Source of the DNA: Antedon mediterranea
Taxonomy: Eukaryota; Animalia; Echinodermata
Direction: 5' to 3'
NCBI RefSeq assembly: GCF_964355755.1
Contig: NC_092671.1
Span: forward strand, 9,920,001 to 9,984,000
DNA length: 64,000 nt
The notes under the pieces are model-generated. The model was given only the letters and a program-made list of their open reading frames with translations, was not told where the DNA came from and made no database searches. Both the position numbers and the translations under genes were made by a program. Position 1 is the stretch's first letter; each line of letters starts with the position of its first letter. Of the stretch, positions 1 through 12,700 are shown piece after piece.

Positions 1-282
1 GTTGTCTTGAGATAATCAACTCTGTTGAACATCTTAAAAATTCGCAGTTTCTATATCTGTAATTTAGGTTTTTTTTAAATATTTATTTTGGCCATAAACA
101 TGATTGATTGAAGGAATTATAAAAATCCATACTTAATTTTGAACTTCAGTAACATCCACTTCAAAATAATTAAAAAGCTTTTACGAATGTGAAGTCACCC
201 AATCCTATTTACATGATCAGCATACTGTAAGACCTTACTGTTAGATAAATTAAAGTTTGTTGAATTCAGAAACATACAGTAA

Positions 283-461
283 AGCGTGGTTCCCACTAGA
301 ACGTAATGCAAGGACGTAAACGCAACGCAAGCGTTTTAACCAATCACAAGCGAAGTTATAGACAGTTAGCCATCACAAGCGAATAAGCCATCGCTTGTGA
401 TTGGTCAATTCACTTGCGTTGCGTTACGTCCTTGCGTTGCGTCGCTAGTGGGAACCAAGCT
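283..461. mobile_element. Palindromic MITE, PIF/Harbinger (Tourist)-like, family A
   Basis: Long terminal inverted repeats AGC(G/T)TGGTTCCCACTAG ... CTAGTGGGAACCAAGCT, near-palindromic body, flanked by TAA on both sides. End fragments recur at about 607-620 and 650-668 and a degenerate copy lies at about 4150-4252. Confidence 0.8.
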
Positions 462-1033
462 TAAACAATAATTACTATTAAGAAAAAATTAAATGCAATG
501 ATAATTTATACATAATAAAATATAATGCCATTGTTACAATTCACTACTGACCAGTTTACATACTATAGTGGTCTTAAACAAGGAAAGATCAAGGGGTTAG
601 TGCTAAAGCTTGGTTCCCACTGCTGTGCCAGATCAAAGGGTTAGTGCTAAAGCTTGGTTCCCACTAGGAGTAGGAGCATGCTTCTTGACAGCTAAAATAA
701 AATCAACCCCCCCCCCCCCCCCTAAAAAAACAAAATCACAGATCCACCCACTGTTAAATTAAACACAGATCCAAAAACCCTTACTGTAAGATTAACATAC
801 AAACTTGTTTACACCCATTGTAACCTTTTGTAATCATTACTGTTTCCTTGGATTATAATTATTAAGTCTTTCATTTCTATTGACTTGAATGATGTTTCTA
901 GATAACACTGTATGTAACATATGGTTGCCTAACAAACTGGTCAAATCTACTACTAATAGCAACCACAATACACATTATTATTATTGTTCAAAGGTGAATT
1001 CAAACTTTATAAAAAAAAAAGATATTTCCTTAC

Positions 1034-1084
1034 CGTAGTTCTAGAATCCAAAGTAGAGCTCTCGTTTGTCTGGTCGGAAGTCAT
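1034..1084 (-). CDS. Probable first coding segment (MTSDQTNESSTLDSRTT) of an unidentified gene running off the left edge
   Basis: Exon 1200-1034 has a pyrimidine-rich acceptor (ttttccccctcaag) and a gtaagg donor; in-frame ATG at 1084. A further minus-strand gtgagt donor near 2260 in a CpG-richer region suggests an upstream non-coding exon. No homology recognised. Confidence 0.4.
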
Positions 1085-3231
1085 GGGCTGTGTAAGAGGA
1101 GAATTCAGTTCCAATTCAGCCGATTTACAATTCAGTAATTCACCGGCCAATTTACAATTAAACGGTTTATCTGGAGGTGAGAGGATCACGGTCCAAAAAG
1201 CTTGAGGGGGAAAATTCAACATGATACCAATAAATAAATACACATACATACAAATGATCTTGCATGAAAAAATAATTAGTAGAAAAAATATTTTTTCTTA
1301 TAAATATTTCCAAAGATGAGAATATGTAAAATCCATAATTAAGTAATCCATTATTAATGAACTAAGCGAGGAAAAATGTTTAGTTCACAGATGGTACACT
1401 TGAAGAAAATATCCTTTGCAAGGGACCACTTAACTCCTGTCTGAGCAAGTCCATAATAAATGTAGAATCCACGCACTTAATAATACTTTAAAAAATCAAT
1501 TATCATTTGAAAAACTGAAGGTAAGCAAAACAGGATGTTGAAATTCATTCATAAAATCCTGCGAGAGAAAGGCACCGCTTGGCAAGGAATAATGCAATCA
1601 CACAGTATATCAGCTATCAGCTACACTTTGCAATGTTAATCAGTTATGTTTACACTGATTTGTTGACTAATGCCAAAGTGGCACACACACACACACACGC
1701 ACTTCTCCAGCTAGCAGACAGTGCTGCATGACTTTCGGAAAAACACAAACTACGGCTAGGCTGTACAATTAGGAATTACGTAATTATTATGAATGTCTTC
1801 TAATCATACTGAAACCGTTCCTACAGAAGTGTCTTGTATACTTAACAGCCGGTTACCGTTCAATACAACTACACTAGAATTACCGATTATCAACCAACTC
1901 CCACGCGCTTACTTCCTACGTATATAAACGTATGAAATATTTTGAATTGAAGAGCTAGCTTCGCAAACCATTTTTGCAGAGAACAGCAACAGCGGTGTTT
2001 CTCGTAAGCTATTCTCAAAACAAAACTCAACCCACACCATACACGTTTCACATCAAATGTAGAGAAAAAAACCACATGAATGAACCACCTTTATTTATCT
2101 TTTATAATATATTATTTTGATTATTATTATAAATTCTATTCATACAAATTAAACAAACTACACGTGATACTAATCGTAAAATGGCGACCGTGCTCAGTAC
2201 AGTGTTGAGGAGATAGCAGCTGTGTAACGAGATAAGTGAGCAAAGAAGGGCGTATACTCACTTTCAGGTGCCGATTGATGAACTTCGTTGAGTAGCTATA
2301 TCTTTATATTTCACCAGAAAGAATGTCGAGTTTCCAATAAAAATAAGGCACAAAAAATTGATATTCTAAGGTCCTATTTTGGGAATAAAGTATAGATTTT
2401 GAAACCTATACTCTCGTTTCCTTCCTGGTTATTTAGGCCGCATGCATTCAAGGCTTACGCGCATGCGTGTTCACATGGAGATATTTTGGGAATTTGCCTT
2501 TTTCGATATCTGTCAAAATATCCTAAATTCTATTAAAAACTTAATTATTATAAAGATTTTTTTGTACATCCAAACATTAAAACATTTTTTAAAATTATAA
2601 AAGGATTAAAGAAGAAACCATTCGATTTTATCTGCCTGCGTTAAAAAGGCGATGAAGAACGTTGTGACACCGAAAACCCACCATCGTGATTTTTTACTAG
2701 AGAGGGCGCTGTATTGTTTTTCTATTATTTGTATTACAAAAAAGTACTTGTTATAATATTAAAGACATGAACAATGTTTTATGGTGGACTTTAATCCAAG
2801 GAGGAATAATTTTGAGATTTTTTTTTTCAGCTGAGAATCAAGTAATAATTGTCTAAAAGCAATTAAACAACTGGACCACGTTGTCATAATCATCGTATAG
2901 TAGGTATGAAGTATTTCGGTGTAAAACTATCCTTAAAAATGCAGGCTGAAAAATTTAAATTAATTAGTGAATTAAAGTCAATACAAATAGACGATAAAAG
3001 ACAAATATAATAACTGAATACTAGGACACTTTTATTACTAGGATATGAGACTGAAGATGATGATATGCCTTATTGGAAAAGGAAGAAAAACGTCCTCGAA
3101 GGAAGAATTAGAGTGTGTCGTATTCTGCTAATGAAGGAAAATGAGAGGCTGCTGCCAATATATGAAACAAAAAACAAATGAACTTCAGTAGGTAGAGAAC
3201 AGATAATGATAAATCGATGAATAATTGTATT

Positions 3232-3645
3232 GGAGCTGTGGTGAACATGCTTCCTTGCCTTCCAATGTCAAGTTTCAGGGTTCAATCCTGACAGTGTCAG
3301 GGTTGTTGTAACTCGGAGCCTTTCAACAACTCCATTCCCTAAAACTCAAATGGGACTTGGTTTATAAGCATCGGATAAATTATAAAAGAGTTTATCCATC
3401 CTGTAATTTAAATGGCGAGTTACTCGCTGTTGGATAGGAATAAAAAAAAGTATCGTTGCGCCATTTCTGCATCTTTATGTTTCCGAAAGTATGCCTATGT
3501 TTTACAAACCACCGTGAAGTGTCAAATCGGGGACTTAAAAAACGGCGAGATCTCAAAGAAAATAAGCGTGTTTAATCGAGAGATTATGATCTATTAAAAT
3601 GTAACCCTGGCCTAACTGTTAGGGCATGAGGGATATTGATGACGG
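3232..3645 (+). mobile_element. Degenerate tRNA-derived SINE-like element
   Basis: A-box-like TGTGGTGAACATG and B-box-like GGTTCAATCC with tRNA-like spacing, followed by a GC-richer body; boundaries approximate. Confidence 0.4.
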
Positions 3646-5355
3646 TGAAATAGTTAATATTTTCATCTTTGAATTGTTACTTTTTTTGTATTTGAACCAA
3701 AAAACAATAATTCTAAATATGTACGTTTTTCGTTGACACACTTCCAACAAACTACCATATGAATCATTTTAATAGTATCAAAATTTATAATTTTTCCTTC
3801 ATACCAAAAGTAATTTTTGCAAGCAGGATTTAATATTGTTCATTTATTGATATATACTGCGGCAATGGTATAAAGTTTAAATCATCTTTTTTTATTTAAA
3901 GAAATGTGCAACCGGCGATAGATGTTGTTCCGCTATTTCTTGAAAGTATCAGTTCGCCACGACGGCATCTCTAATCTCTCTCCATGGACACTACATTACA
4001 GGATGAGAAGAGCCCTCGCGATTTTACACCCAAAATATTGTAATGACTTTTTCAGTAAGAAAATCTAGATTTAGCCTGAATATGAACAATTGCAATCCCG
4101 TCGACGACGTAAAGGTCGTATTTTCTTTAAATCCGACAAGCAAAATTGAAGCATGATTCACACTAGGACGCAACGCAAGTAATTTGACCAATCGATGGAT
4201 TATCCAAATTTCAACTCACTTGCGTTGCACTTACGTCCTTGCGTTGCTAGTGGCATGCCACCAGCCAACCTTATTAACTAACCCAATTAATTGGCGCACG
4301 TAAATGAACACGTGTATATTAACATAGTTCCTAGATCTTTGCAAATTAAAAGCTTTCTAATAATATTATTGTCTTTACGGTATTCTTCCATCCATCTTTA
4401 GATGCAATTGATGTTGAAACTTATGTAAGGGGGCGAGGGAACAGATTTAAATGCCCAACTGGGAAAGGTGAAATATCGGCAGAAACAAGAGAGGGTGCTA
4501 TACAAATGTTAATAATATAGAGGGCGCTATTAACTACAATCTTCCAGAGCCATTGAAGCAATGGATATGGAAGATTTCCACTTTCTATACATTTTTTAAT
4601 CTGGAACTAGACTTGCATAAACAATAAATGTATACGTTATTGGTATATTTTTTCCATAATAATGAATAAGAGAAATTTCACCATAGCTGGTGGTACGTGG
4701 ATGTATAAAAACTCCTGCGCATATTGGGAAACCTCCAAGCTCTCTATGCTACAGCACAATATAAATCCTGGTACAGTAATCTGCAATGCGAAGTTTTGTT
4801 ATAGAAATAAACCACCTGGTATTTTAATATTTTAAGCTTTATTAAAATTATTTTATTAATAAATTGCAATACTAACAAACTAATGTAAATAACAAAACTT
4901 TATTAGTTGGAAATACACACAAATATATAAGGAAAAATAATATTGTTGAATCATTACACTACTACTGTAGTCAAACATTGGGTACACTTGGTAAAAACCA
5001 ATAATATACTGTTTATAAATGCTTAATACATTAGGAATTGGATGTTATCACTAGTGTACCTTTATCATTGGAAAGGCCTACCCACCTCGTTTTTAACATC
5101 TACCACATAATTTACACGACGACTTTCAGAATTTTCTAACATAAAAATAAATACACTGCTTCACCTAATGTCTAATACTAACCAATGATTCTCCGTTCTA
5201 TGTCGAGGGTTAAAATTTGAATATTTTATATTTTCCATATCGGACATGCCACTAAATTGAAAGCTATAAATATCACTACTGTACTATGTATACTATTTTA
5301 TTCCTTGGATATTATTATTCAAAAATTTGACTTATGTAATAACGATCATTTCCAC

Positions 5356-7223
5356 TTAAAAACCATGAACTTTCAACTGGCCTTTTTTAGCCAAGTTAAT
5401 CTCCAAGAGGAACTCGCAAATACTGTTTCGCTTGTCCCCTTGTAATTGTATCACTTCACCATGTTCAGGATGCTCCACTACAGTCCCATTGCAAGCAAAT
5501 TGCTGTAAAAAATTAAAATTTCAAATTAATTATCAGTACATCACCAGGCAGTTTAGAATTTATTTTTAGCCTGTGGTGTATTGTATATTATATAGCACAT
5601 GTATGATAATGTATGTTTAATTTTTTACGACAAATTTTAAAATACGGTTGTGATAAAAAAAAGTTTTTGTTTTGTAAATTTTTGTAAATTTTAAATAAAG
5701 TACAACACCTATTATGGGCATATTTTCGGTCCTCTTAATATTGTTTAAGTTAAGTGGTCCTAAGTTGATGTTATTTTAGATGACAAATCTCTAGGCTAAG
5801 CTAAGCTAGCCTAGGCCTAAATCATAAAGATTTTCGGGGAAAATAACCAATTTTGGGGAGGTGGGTTCTGCATTAAAAATCGTAAAAAACTCGCAAATTT
5901 CGGGGAACTTGGGACCTCTGAAGTTTTCACAGGGGTGTCCTAAAGAAAGAGGTTCTACTGTAACTATATTCTATTTATTATCGCTAACATAAAATGAATT
6001 TGAATTATAAAGCATGCCAACATCATACTGATTTCCAAAGATAACTTTGTACAGTAGAGCCCGAGTAACGGATTGATTCATTTCGGTATCAAATAAGGCT
6101 GGTTAATGGTTCCAAATAGTCTATCACAGTACTGTAGATAGATATAACTTTTATTATCCTTCTCGTAAAATGTACTTACCTTTTTAAAAACTTTTACCAG
6201 TTTCTTCTTGTCATATGCATCAGATATACCAGAGACTGTGGTTAAAGTCTTCCGGCCGTTTCTCTGCTGGATTCTACAAAATACAACATATTATTAATAA
6301 TTAGCTGTTCTAAATAACCATCAAATGTGCGATGACTCACAGATTAGTAAGATTAAAGGGAGCGAGGGAAGGATTCTCTGGATCCACCTATGTATAGCAA
6401 TAACTGTTATAATGTTCATTTCAAGATGTATTGTCCTCCAAAAACATGAAATATAATAAAAAGGCCATTTTGCAGTTTTAATAAAGTAACTCCGAATAAG
6501 TGATTAAATCAAAAATACAAACTGGCCTATTCAAAATCTGATTTTATTAATTTCCATTTTTCATGTTTTGGAGGAGCAATACATCTTTAAATTACAGTTT
6601 TTAAGGGTTAATCATTTTTTTTTTTTTCAATTTTTGGTCAAAAGTGCATACAGTAAAATTATATGACATTAAAATGGCATATTCAGGGACAATATATCTG
6701 TAATTAAAAGAAAATACTTTAATATTAAGTAATGCATAAATAATTATAAGATTGCCTTTTTTTACCTTATGTGAATGACGGCTTCCTGGCGATTGCCAGA
6801 TTCACTTGAGGCCTCTGTAAATGGATCTAAAAAAGCAAGTTCATATGTTTTTACATACAAAAATAGGCTAGTAGCTAGCATTTAAATGCTTTGCCAAAAA
6901 TATACTTGCTTTAAATTACTAAATTAAGCTAAACTATACTAGTCTAGGCTAGCTATATAAGCCTAGTGACATTAATTGTGAGTAAGCTATTGATAGGCCT
7001 AAAACTCTAGGGTAGAGAATTCCGACACACTAAAGTCGATAATGATTTATACTCAATAATTGGGACGAATAGTCTTTAGTGGATGCCTACAGTGGCAGTG
7101 GATTGCTTATCGACCTGTCTCTTTGTGTTTTATTTGAATTGCCTAGGCCAATAATTACGGTATTTGTCCCATTTTATAATCATAATACTCACCATATGTT
7201 TGTAAATTTTGAATGCCGGACAT
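5356..7223 (-). CDS. EIF1: Eukaryotic translation initiation factor 1 (SUI1), 110 aa, 4 coding exons
   Basis: Exons 7223-7193, 6826-6766, 6273-6180, 5502-5356 join in frame over GT-AG introns (333 nt): MSGIQNLQTYDPFTEASSESGNRQEAVIHIRIQQRNGRKTLTTVSGISDAYDKKKLVKVFKKQFACNGTVVEHPEHGEVIQLQGDKRNSICEFLLEINLAKKGQLKVHGF. Contains the eIF1 hallmarks IHIRIQQRNGRKTLTTV, FACNGTV, GEVIQLQGD and C-terminal KVHGF. Missed by the ORF track. Confidence 0.97.
6424..6586. mobile_element. Kolobok-like MITE in eIF1 intron 2
   Basis: TIR AGATGTATTGTCC ... GCAATACATCT followed by TTAA; internal sequence shared with the copy at 8885-9214. Confidence 0.55.
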
Positions 7224-7980
7224 CAGACTATCAGTTGTTTCTATTAAAAGTTACAAAAATACTTAATATAGCACGATTGCTTTGGATTTAACTAGGTAGT
7301 TTGAGGAACGAAATCGACGACACAACACAACTCAAATACAGTAAAAATATGGATGACGAGTTGATTGACCCATAACCTACGACGTCACAGTCTCTTCACA
7401 CAAACTGAAAATACGAATACGATACGACATTAGCGCAGGATTTTTTAAACTACTGTATTATTATCATAGGCTAACTTTATAAAAAAAAATAATAAACGAT
7501 TAATAAATATTATAATTAAAAAGAAAAATATCTAATGAATAATGTCACATAATATAATTCATAACTGTTATTATTTTTACTATGGAGTATAATAAATTAT
7601 TATCTAATGTTTTATTTAATTTTATTTCAACTACACCCAACAGCGAAACTCGCCAAATATAGGATGCCTTTAAAATATTTAGATAAATGTATACACGAAC
7701 GCGAAACACTGAAAAATACAAGATGTTATTAACTGTTAATTAATGTTTATATAATTAAACTGTAACAAAATGAAATGTTCAATACATTTGTATACACACA
7801 AAGCCATTTATTATCATTTAAACAAAATGATTGACGTACTCTAACACTAATGACCTCTTTAAAAAAATTATTCAGTAGATCCAGTGATTCTTTGATAAAT
7901 CTTAATTTGCACATTTTATTCGAATATTGCATCACTACTCTGAACAAATTAAAATTTCCCCCTCAACGTTGAGTAAGTAA

Positions 7981-8050
7981 AGCAGAGTGGCGCAGAGGAA
8001 GCGTGCTGGGCCCATAACCGAGGTCCCAGGATCGAAACCTCGCACTGCTA
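7981..8050 (+). pseudogene. Initiator tRNA-Met (CAT) pseudogene
   Basis: Same sequence as the two downstream copies but with a 2-nt deletion in the 3' anticodon arm, a T-stem mismatch (CCAGG against CCTCG) and an acceptor-stem mismatch; T-run terminator follows. Confidence 0.8.
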
Positions 8051-8746
8051 TTTTTTTTGGTTATATACTTTCTCTGATAATGTATTTTGGAGTATTTTTG
8101 TTATGCGAACTCAATAATTTAACAGTAATATAGGAAACTCACAACACGTCAACCTTATTAATAACAAGCATTCATTTATGGAGTTCACTCCCCTATTTTG
8201 TTCAAAGCTCCTCTTATAGATCTAAATGCTGCTTTCATGAAATTCTTAGATTGAGAGAAATTTAATTTTCTATATGTATGTTTTATTATGTTTAATTAAG
8301 TGTGGTTTTCTTGTTTATTCTGTTATATTTGTTTAGGACCACAATGGAAATAAGTTTGCCTTCTCGGTACTTTATTGTGTTTTTATCCTACGATTTTATG
8401 TCAGAATAAAGAAATGAATAAATAAATAAATAAAAAACAAAATTTATTAAACAATTATTTATTGTATTTAAATATCATCAATATTAAATAATTAATAGAT
8501 CTCGGAGATTTTGAGCTAAAATGGTTATTCTAACAATTTATTATTGGCATTGGCCGATGATTGTTTTTTTTTTTGGCAATACTGTAGGCCTACCCGTAAT
8601 TTAAAAATTATTCAGTAGAGAGGGAGATATCCCAAGAATATATATCAGATAATATTATATACATCTTAATTTGCACATTTTATTCGAATATTGCATCACT
8701 CTGAACACATTTAAATTCCCCCCTCAACGTTGACTACGTATGGTAA

Positions 8747-8818
8747 AGCAGAGTGGCGCAGCGGAAGCGTGCTGGGCCCATAACCCAGAGGTCCGAGGAT
8801 CGAAACCTCGCTCTGCTA
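8747..8818 (+). tRNA. Initiator tRNA-Met (CAT)
   Basis: AGCAGAGTGGCGCAGCGGAAGCGTGCTGGGCCCATAACCCAGAGGTCCGAGGATCGAAACCTCGCTCTGCTA: A1-U72 pair, three G-C pairs in the anticodon stem, ATCGAAA T-loop (A54/A60), all diagnostic of eukaryotic tRNAi; T-run terminator downstream. Confidence 0.97.
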
Positions 8819-8884
8819 TATTTTTGTTGTTGTATATAGGGCCTACTTTCTTTGATAATGTATTTTTTTACGTAAACTATTTAA

Positions 8885-9214
8885 AGATGTATTGTCCTCT
8901 GAACAAATAATATGTTAAATTGTTTTTGTTTAATATGCCATTTTGGTCACATAGGCTAATTGTTACCGACAACTAAATTTGAATCGAAAACAATGTATTT
9001 ACCTGAAAAAACTGTAATTTAAAGCAAAAAAATAGTCAAATTGGCTGCCAGTCAATGGGTTTTTGGTTGAATTTGACCATTTATTTAGCCATTTTATATG
9101 AGAAAACATTTTTTTTTTTTACGGAAGGGATCCTTAATTAAACTAAATAACCTATTCAAAGTCTGATTTAATTAATCTTCATTTTTCATGTTTTTAGTGG
9201 GGGACAATACATTT
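8885..9214. mobile_element. Kolobok-like MITE inserted in the second tRNA repeat unit
   Basis: TTAA-AGATGTATTGTCC ... GGACAATACATTT-TAA termini; absent from the neighbouring repeat units. Confidence 0.6.
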
Positions 9215-9616
9215 TAACAACAATCATACCAATAAAACAACAAATTTGAATCGTATTTATTTATTTGCCATAACGTTAAATACCATTGACAAGTTGTACA
9301 ACGTTCATAAAAAGAACAATTACTTATTATATGTTATCATCAATATTAATAATTAGGGCTAATAATAGATCCCGGAGATTTTGAGCTACAATTTCCATTC
9401 TAACAATTTATTATTGTAGGCATTGGCCGATGATTGTTCTTTGGCAATACAGTACCCGTACCCGTAATAAAATATTCCGAGTAGATCCAGGGAGATGTCC
9501 AAAGAATAATATATCAGATAATATTTAAATAGATCTTGATTTGCACATTTTATTCGAATATTGCATCACTCTGAACAAATTTAAATTCCCCCCTCAACGT
9601 TAACTAAGTATGGTAA

Positions 9617-9688
9617 AGCAGAGTGGCGCAGAGGAAGCGTGCTGGGCCCATAACCCAGAGGTCCGAGGATCGAAACCTCGCTCTGCTA
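9617..9688 (+). tRNA. Initiator tRNA-Met (CAT)
   Basis: Identical to 8747-8818 except for one D-loop base (C to A); intact cloverleaf; T8 terminator. Confidence 0.95.
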
Positions 9689-11099
9689 TCTTTTTTTTAC
9701 ACTTTCTCTGATAATGTAATTTTTGGCGTATTTTTTTACGTGAACACTATTTAACAATAATTATACCTTTTAAACACATTTTTTTAATCTTATTTGCCAT
9801 CAAAATACAATAAATAAATACCAAAGTTATACAACGTTCATAAAAAGAACAAAACAATTATTTTTTATATTTAAATATCATCAATATTAAATTTAATAGA
9901 TCCCGAACAACTTATTATTGTAGGCATTGGCCAATGATTGTTTTTGTCAATACAGTAGGCCTACTGAGCTTCAATTCAAGTTGACTTTAACAATAATATA
10001 AAATAAAGGCTTCTTTTGTCATTTTTTTTTGTACGGAATGTCAGAATAGATTTAATTAAACGAAATGTTATACTTGTAATGTTTCTTTTAATTATTTTAC
10101 CTTGCCCATATGCGAATCGGCAAAAGTCGTAAATTGTCGGACGGTTTTACGAGTTCGGTCTTCTTTTCCTATTCCGTTTTATGCGTTTGGCCTTCGTGAC
10201 GTAAGGCGTTGTACGGTAATGTTAGCTACATCTGTCCCTCGGTCGTAATTGTGTCAAATAAAAATAATAATTATATGTTTTTAAGTTGCTTGAACGTTAT
10301 GCAGCCTTGCAGGGTGTAGAAAACGAATCTTTTAATTCTCTTAACCTGATTAGCAAAAAAGAATATTCGGAGATGAGAAACTTAATATTAGTATAGCCTA
10401 CTGGAACAGCACCATCGAGCCAAAGATATACGACGCAGATCAGTTGATTTTAAATCAGCATTACAGTTTATATCTACAGTATATTGTGTTAAGTTTAGTT
10501 TTTCAATATGTTCTGTTCTGTTTCTTCTGCATCGCATATTGTGAGTGCGACTGATTCAAAGGTAGGCCTATGGTCAACAAAGTAAATAAATAATAAATAA
10601 ATATCAATCTATTGTGGACCGTTAATGATAGGTTTGAGCATGGAGGTTGAGTAATAGAATATTTTTCTTTCTTCTCCGTGTTTTATATTTACCACTTTGC
10701 ACTCTTGCCTGGTACGCATTGGTATACGTTGAACCATCAGTGTTTGCTGAGCCTCAAGCTAGCAGACCACATACGAGGCACAATGTTGCTATCTCAGTTT
10801 TTATTACGTGTTCTTTTCCTCTCATATCGTGACTTGGTGTAGATTAAAGTTTTGATTAACCACAATAGCTAGCAATGTAAACAATTAGGCTCACCCCTTC
10901 TGTTGTTAATGCGTGAATTTCGTACTGGAGCTGAGAATTCATACACCATGTGCTATTATTAATGTACTAACTCAGAATGATAGGCCTACACTCGTGTCAG
11001 AATTCAGAATAATTTTACTGTACATGTATTTTTATGTCGTGCAGCATGAATAAATACAAATAAGAAGAATGCAAATACCTCGGTAGTAACTTAATTAAG

Positions 11100-11512
11100 A
11101 TAGGCCTACAGAAAAAGACATTAAAAGAAGATCACTTAGCAGCTATGGCAGTAATGCATATAGTCATCAATAGTTCAAATCATCTATAACACAAAACGAT
11201 GTCCATTTGTGAAGAAATGCCGACTGTTTGATGAACATAGAGGTAGTATTTTGTTATATATATACATAATGAACTCTGGGTACCCAACAAAATATTGAAG
11301 GATCTATAGCATAGTTATCACTGCAAAATGTTGCGAAAGATAATGAATATTAAATTAACAAATGAAACTACAAAGAAAGTTACAAGACCGAGACAAAAAG
11401 CAAGCTGGATAAACCAAAAAAAAAAAATGTAGACTTTAGCACAATCACAAACCATCCTGCCCAAAACAGAAAAATATGGAAACAAATCATGGAAAGCATA
11501 ATGTCTGAATAG
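11100..11512 (+). mobile_element. Degenerate RTE-clade LINE 3' fragment
   Basis: Broken reading frames with RTE-like C-terminal motifs: MLRKIMNIKL and AQNRKIWKQIMESIMSE-stop. Confidence 0.45.
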
Positions 11513-11719
11513 CGGAAACGGAAAGAAGCAGCATCAGCATCAGGAATCGGAAACTTTAATTCTCTCCATGACGGGTTCATCCTCCTTTAAAGATCGGTAC
11601 CTATCGTCGGAACAGGGAGTTGTAAAATAAGCACAACTCCCTGGTCGGAAGGATGCAATTGATAAAAATTCGTTTTGGTTAAATTATGTACTTGCATGCC
11701 TTTTGGATACATTATACAA

Positions 11720-11850
11720 TGTATCGAAGAAGGCATGATTAGGCCTACCTCTGATAAGCTGTCAGGGTTAGCTAAGGACCGTTGTGGCTGGGGGAAAGGT
11801 TGTAGTCGCCTGCTCCGCAGCCGACTGATGATGATGATGATGATGATGAC
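11720..11850 (+). mobile_element. RTE-clade LINE 3' end with (TGA)n tail
   Basis: Reads LAKDRCGW..VVVACSAAD-stop (one frameshift) directly followed by a (TGA)n microsatellite tail, the usual RTE 3' terminus. Confidence 0.65.
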
Positions 11851-12354
11851 AATGTATCATTTTCAATTTACAAAATAAATAACAATACTGTACTTGATTA
11901 AAAATTAAAAAATAACATTTACGACTGTGGCATACTGCCTCATACTATGTAGGTTTACTGGGTGAAAGTTTGAAAATTGAGAGGTGATTAAAATATTTGT
12001 TTTATATGGAAATAAGCAACGGTGTATATTCCATTGCTAATTGCTCCTTGATTATTATACCATCTCATTATACTTTCATAAACAATTTGTTACAATAAAA
12101 TATTTTATTAAGAACATCGATCGCTTGAAAGGGCTTGTAAAGAGCAGCCAGGGAGTGGCGAATAGCTTTATTACAAAAGAAACAATGTTCTAATTCGTAT
12201 TTGGATCAGCTTTTAGGCCGACCGATCGATGATTGTCTAACTTGACTTTGAAGATGCCGACTATTGTAATTATTAAGTATATCATAACGATAAAAGAGCG
12301 GTAGCTTAATCCGGAAAATGATCGGTATGTAAAAGCACATTAATTTGAATAGAA

Positions 12355-12700
12355 TTATTTATTTTATTTTAACAATATTTGACGACGGTGGTCCATCCAG
12401 CGGAAGCTGATCATCAGCGACAAAAATACAATTTGACAAGGAATTAACATACAAATAAACATTAAAAAAAATTAACAATATAAAATTAATTAATTGAAAT
12501 TATTGGCAATGAAGTAAAAAGTATCAAAATTGGGTTCAGATATATGAAATGTTAAACTTTCAGCACACTTTTAAATAGTAAGTTTCTCCACGATTGATTT
12601 AAAAAGCATTTTTTTTCATGTAGGTCGATACGCGGTCTTTTTTTTTTTTGGTTTTCTTCGAATAAATTTGGTTTTAAACAAAAAATCATTTATCTACATT
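12355..12700 (-). mobile_element. LINE-like (CR1/L2) 3' tail relic
   Basis: Minus strand ends GATCAGCTTCCGCTGGATGGACCACCGTC...(AAATA)n; the same tail terminates the SINE at 57721-57970. Upstream boundary uncertain. Confidence 0.4.

Larger units (their letters stand above)
7860..9960 (+). repeat. Tandem triplication of a tRNAi-Met unit with its flanks
   Basis: Flank TTTGCACATTTTATTCGAATATTGCATCACT...CCCCTCAACGTT precedes each tRNA; downstream flank TATCATCAATATTAA...GGCATTGGCC(G/A)ATGATTG occurs three times. Confidence 0.9.
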
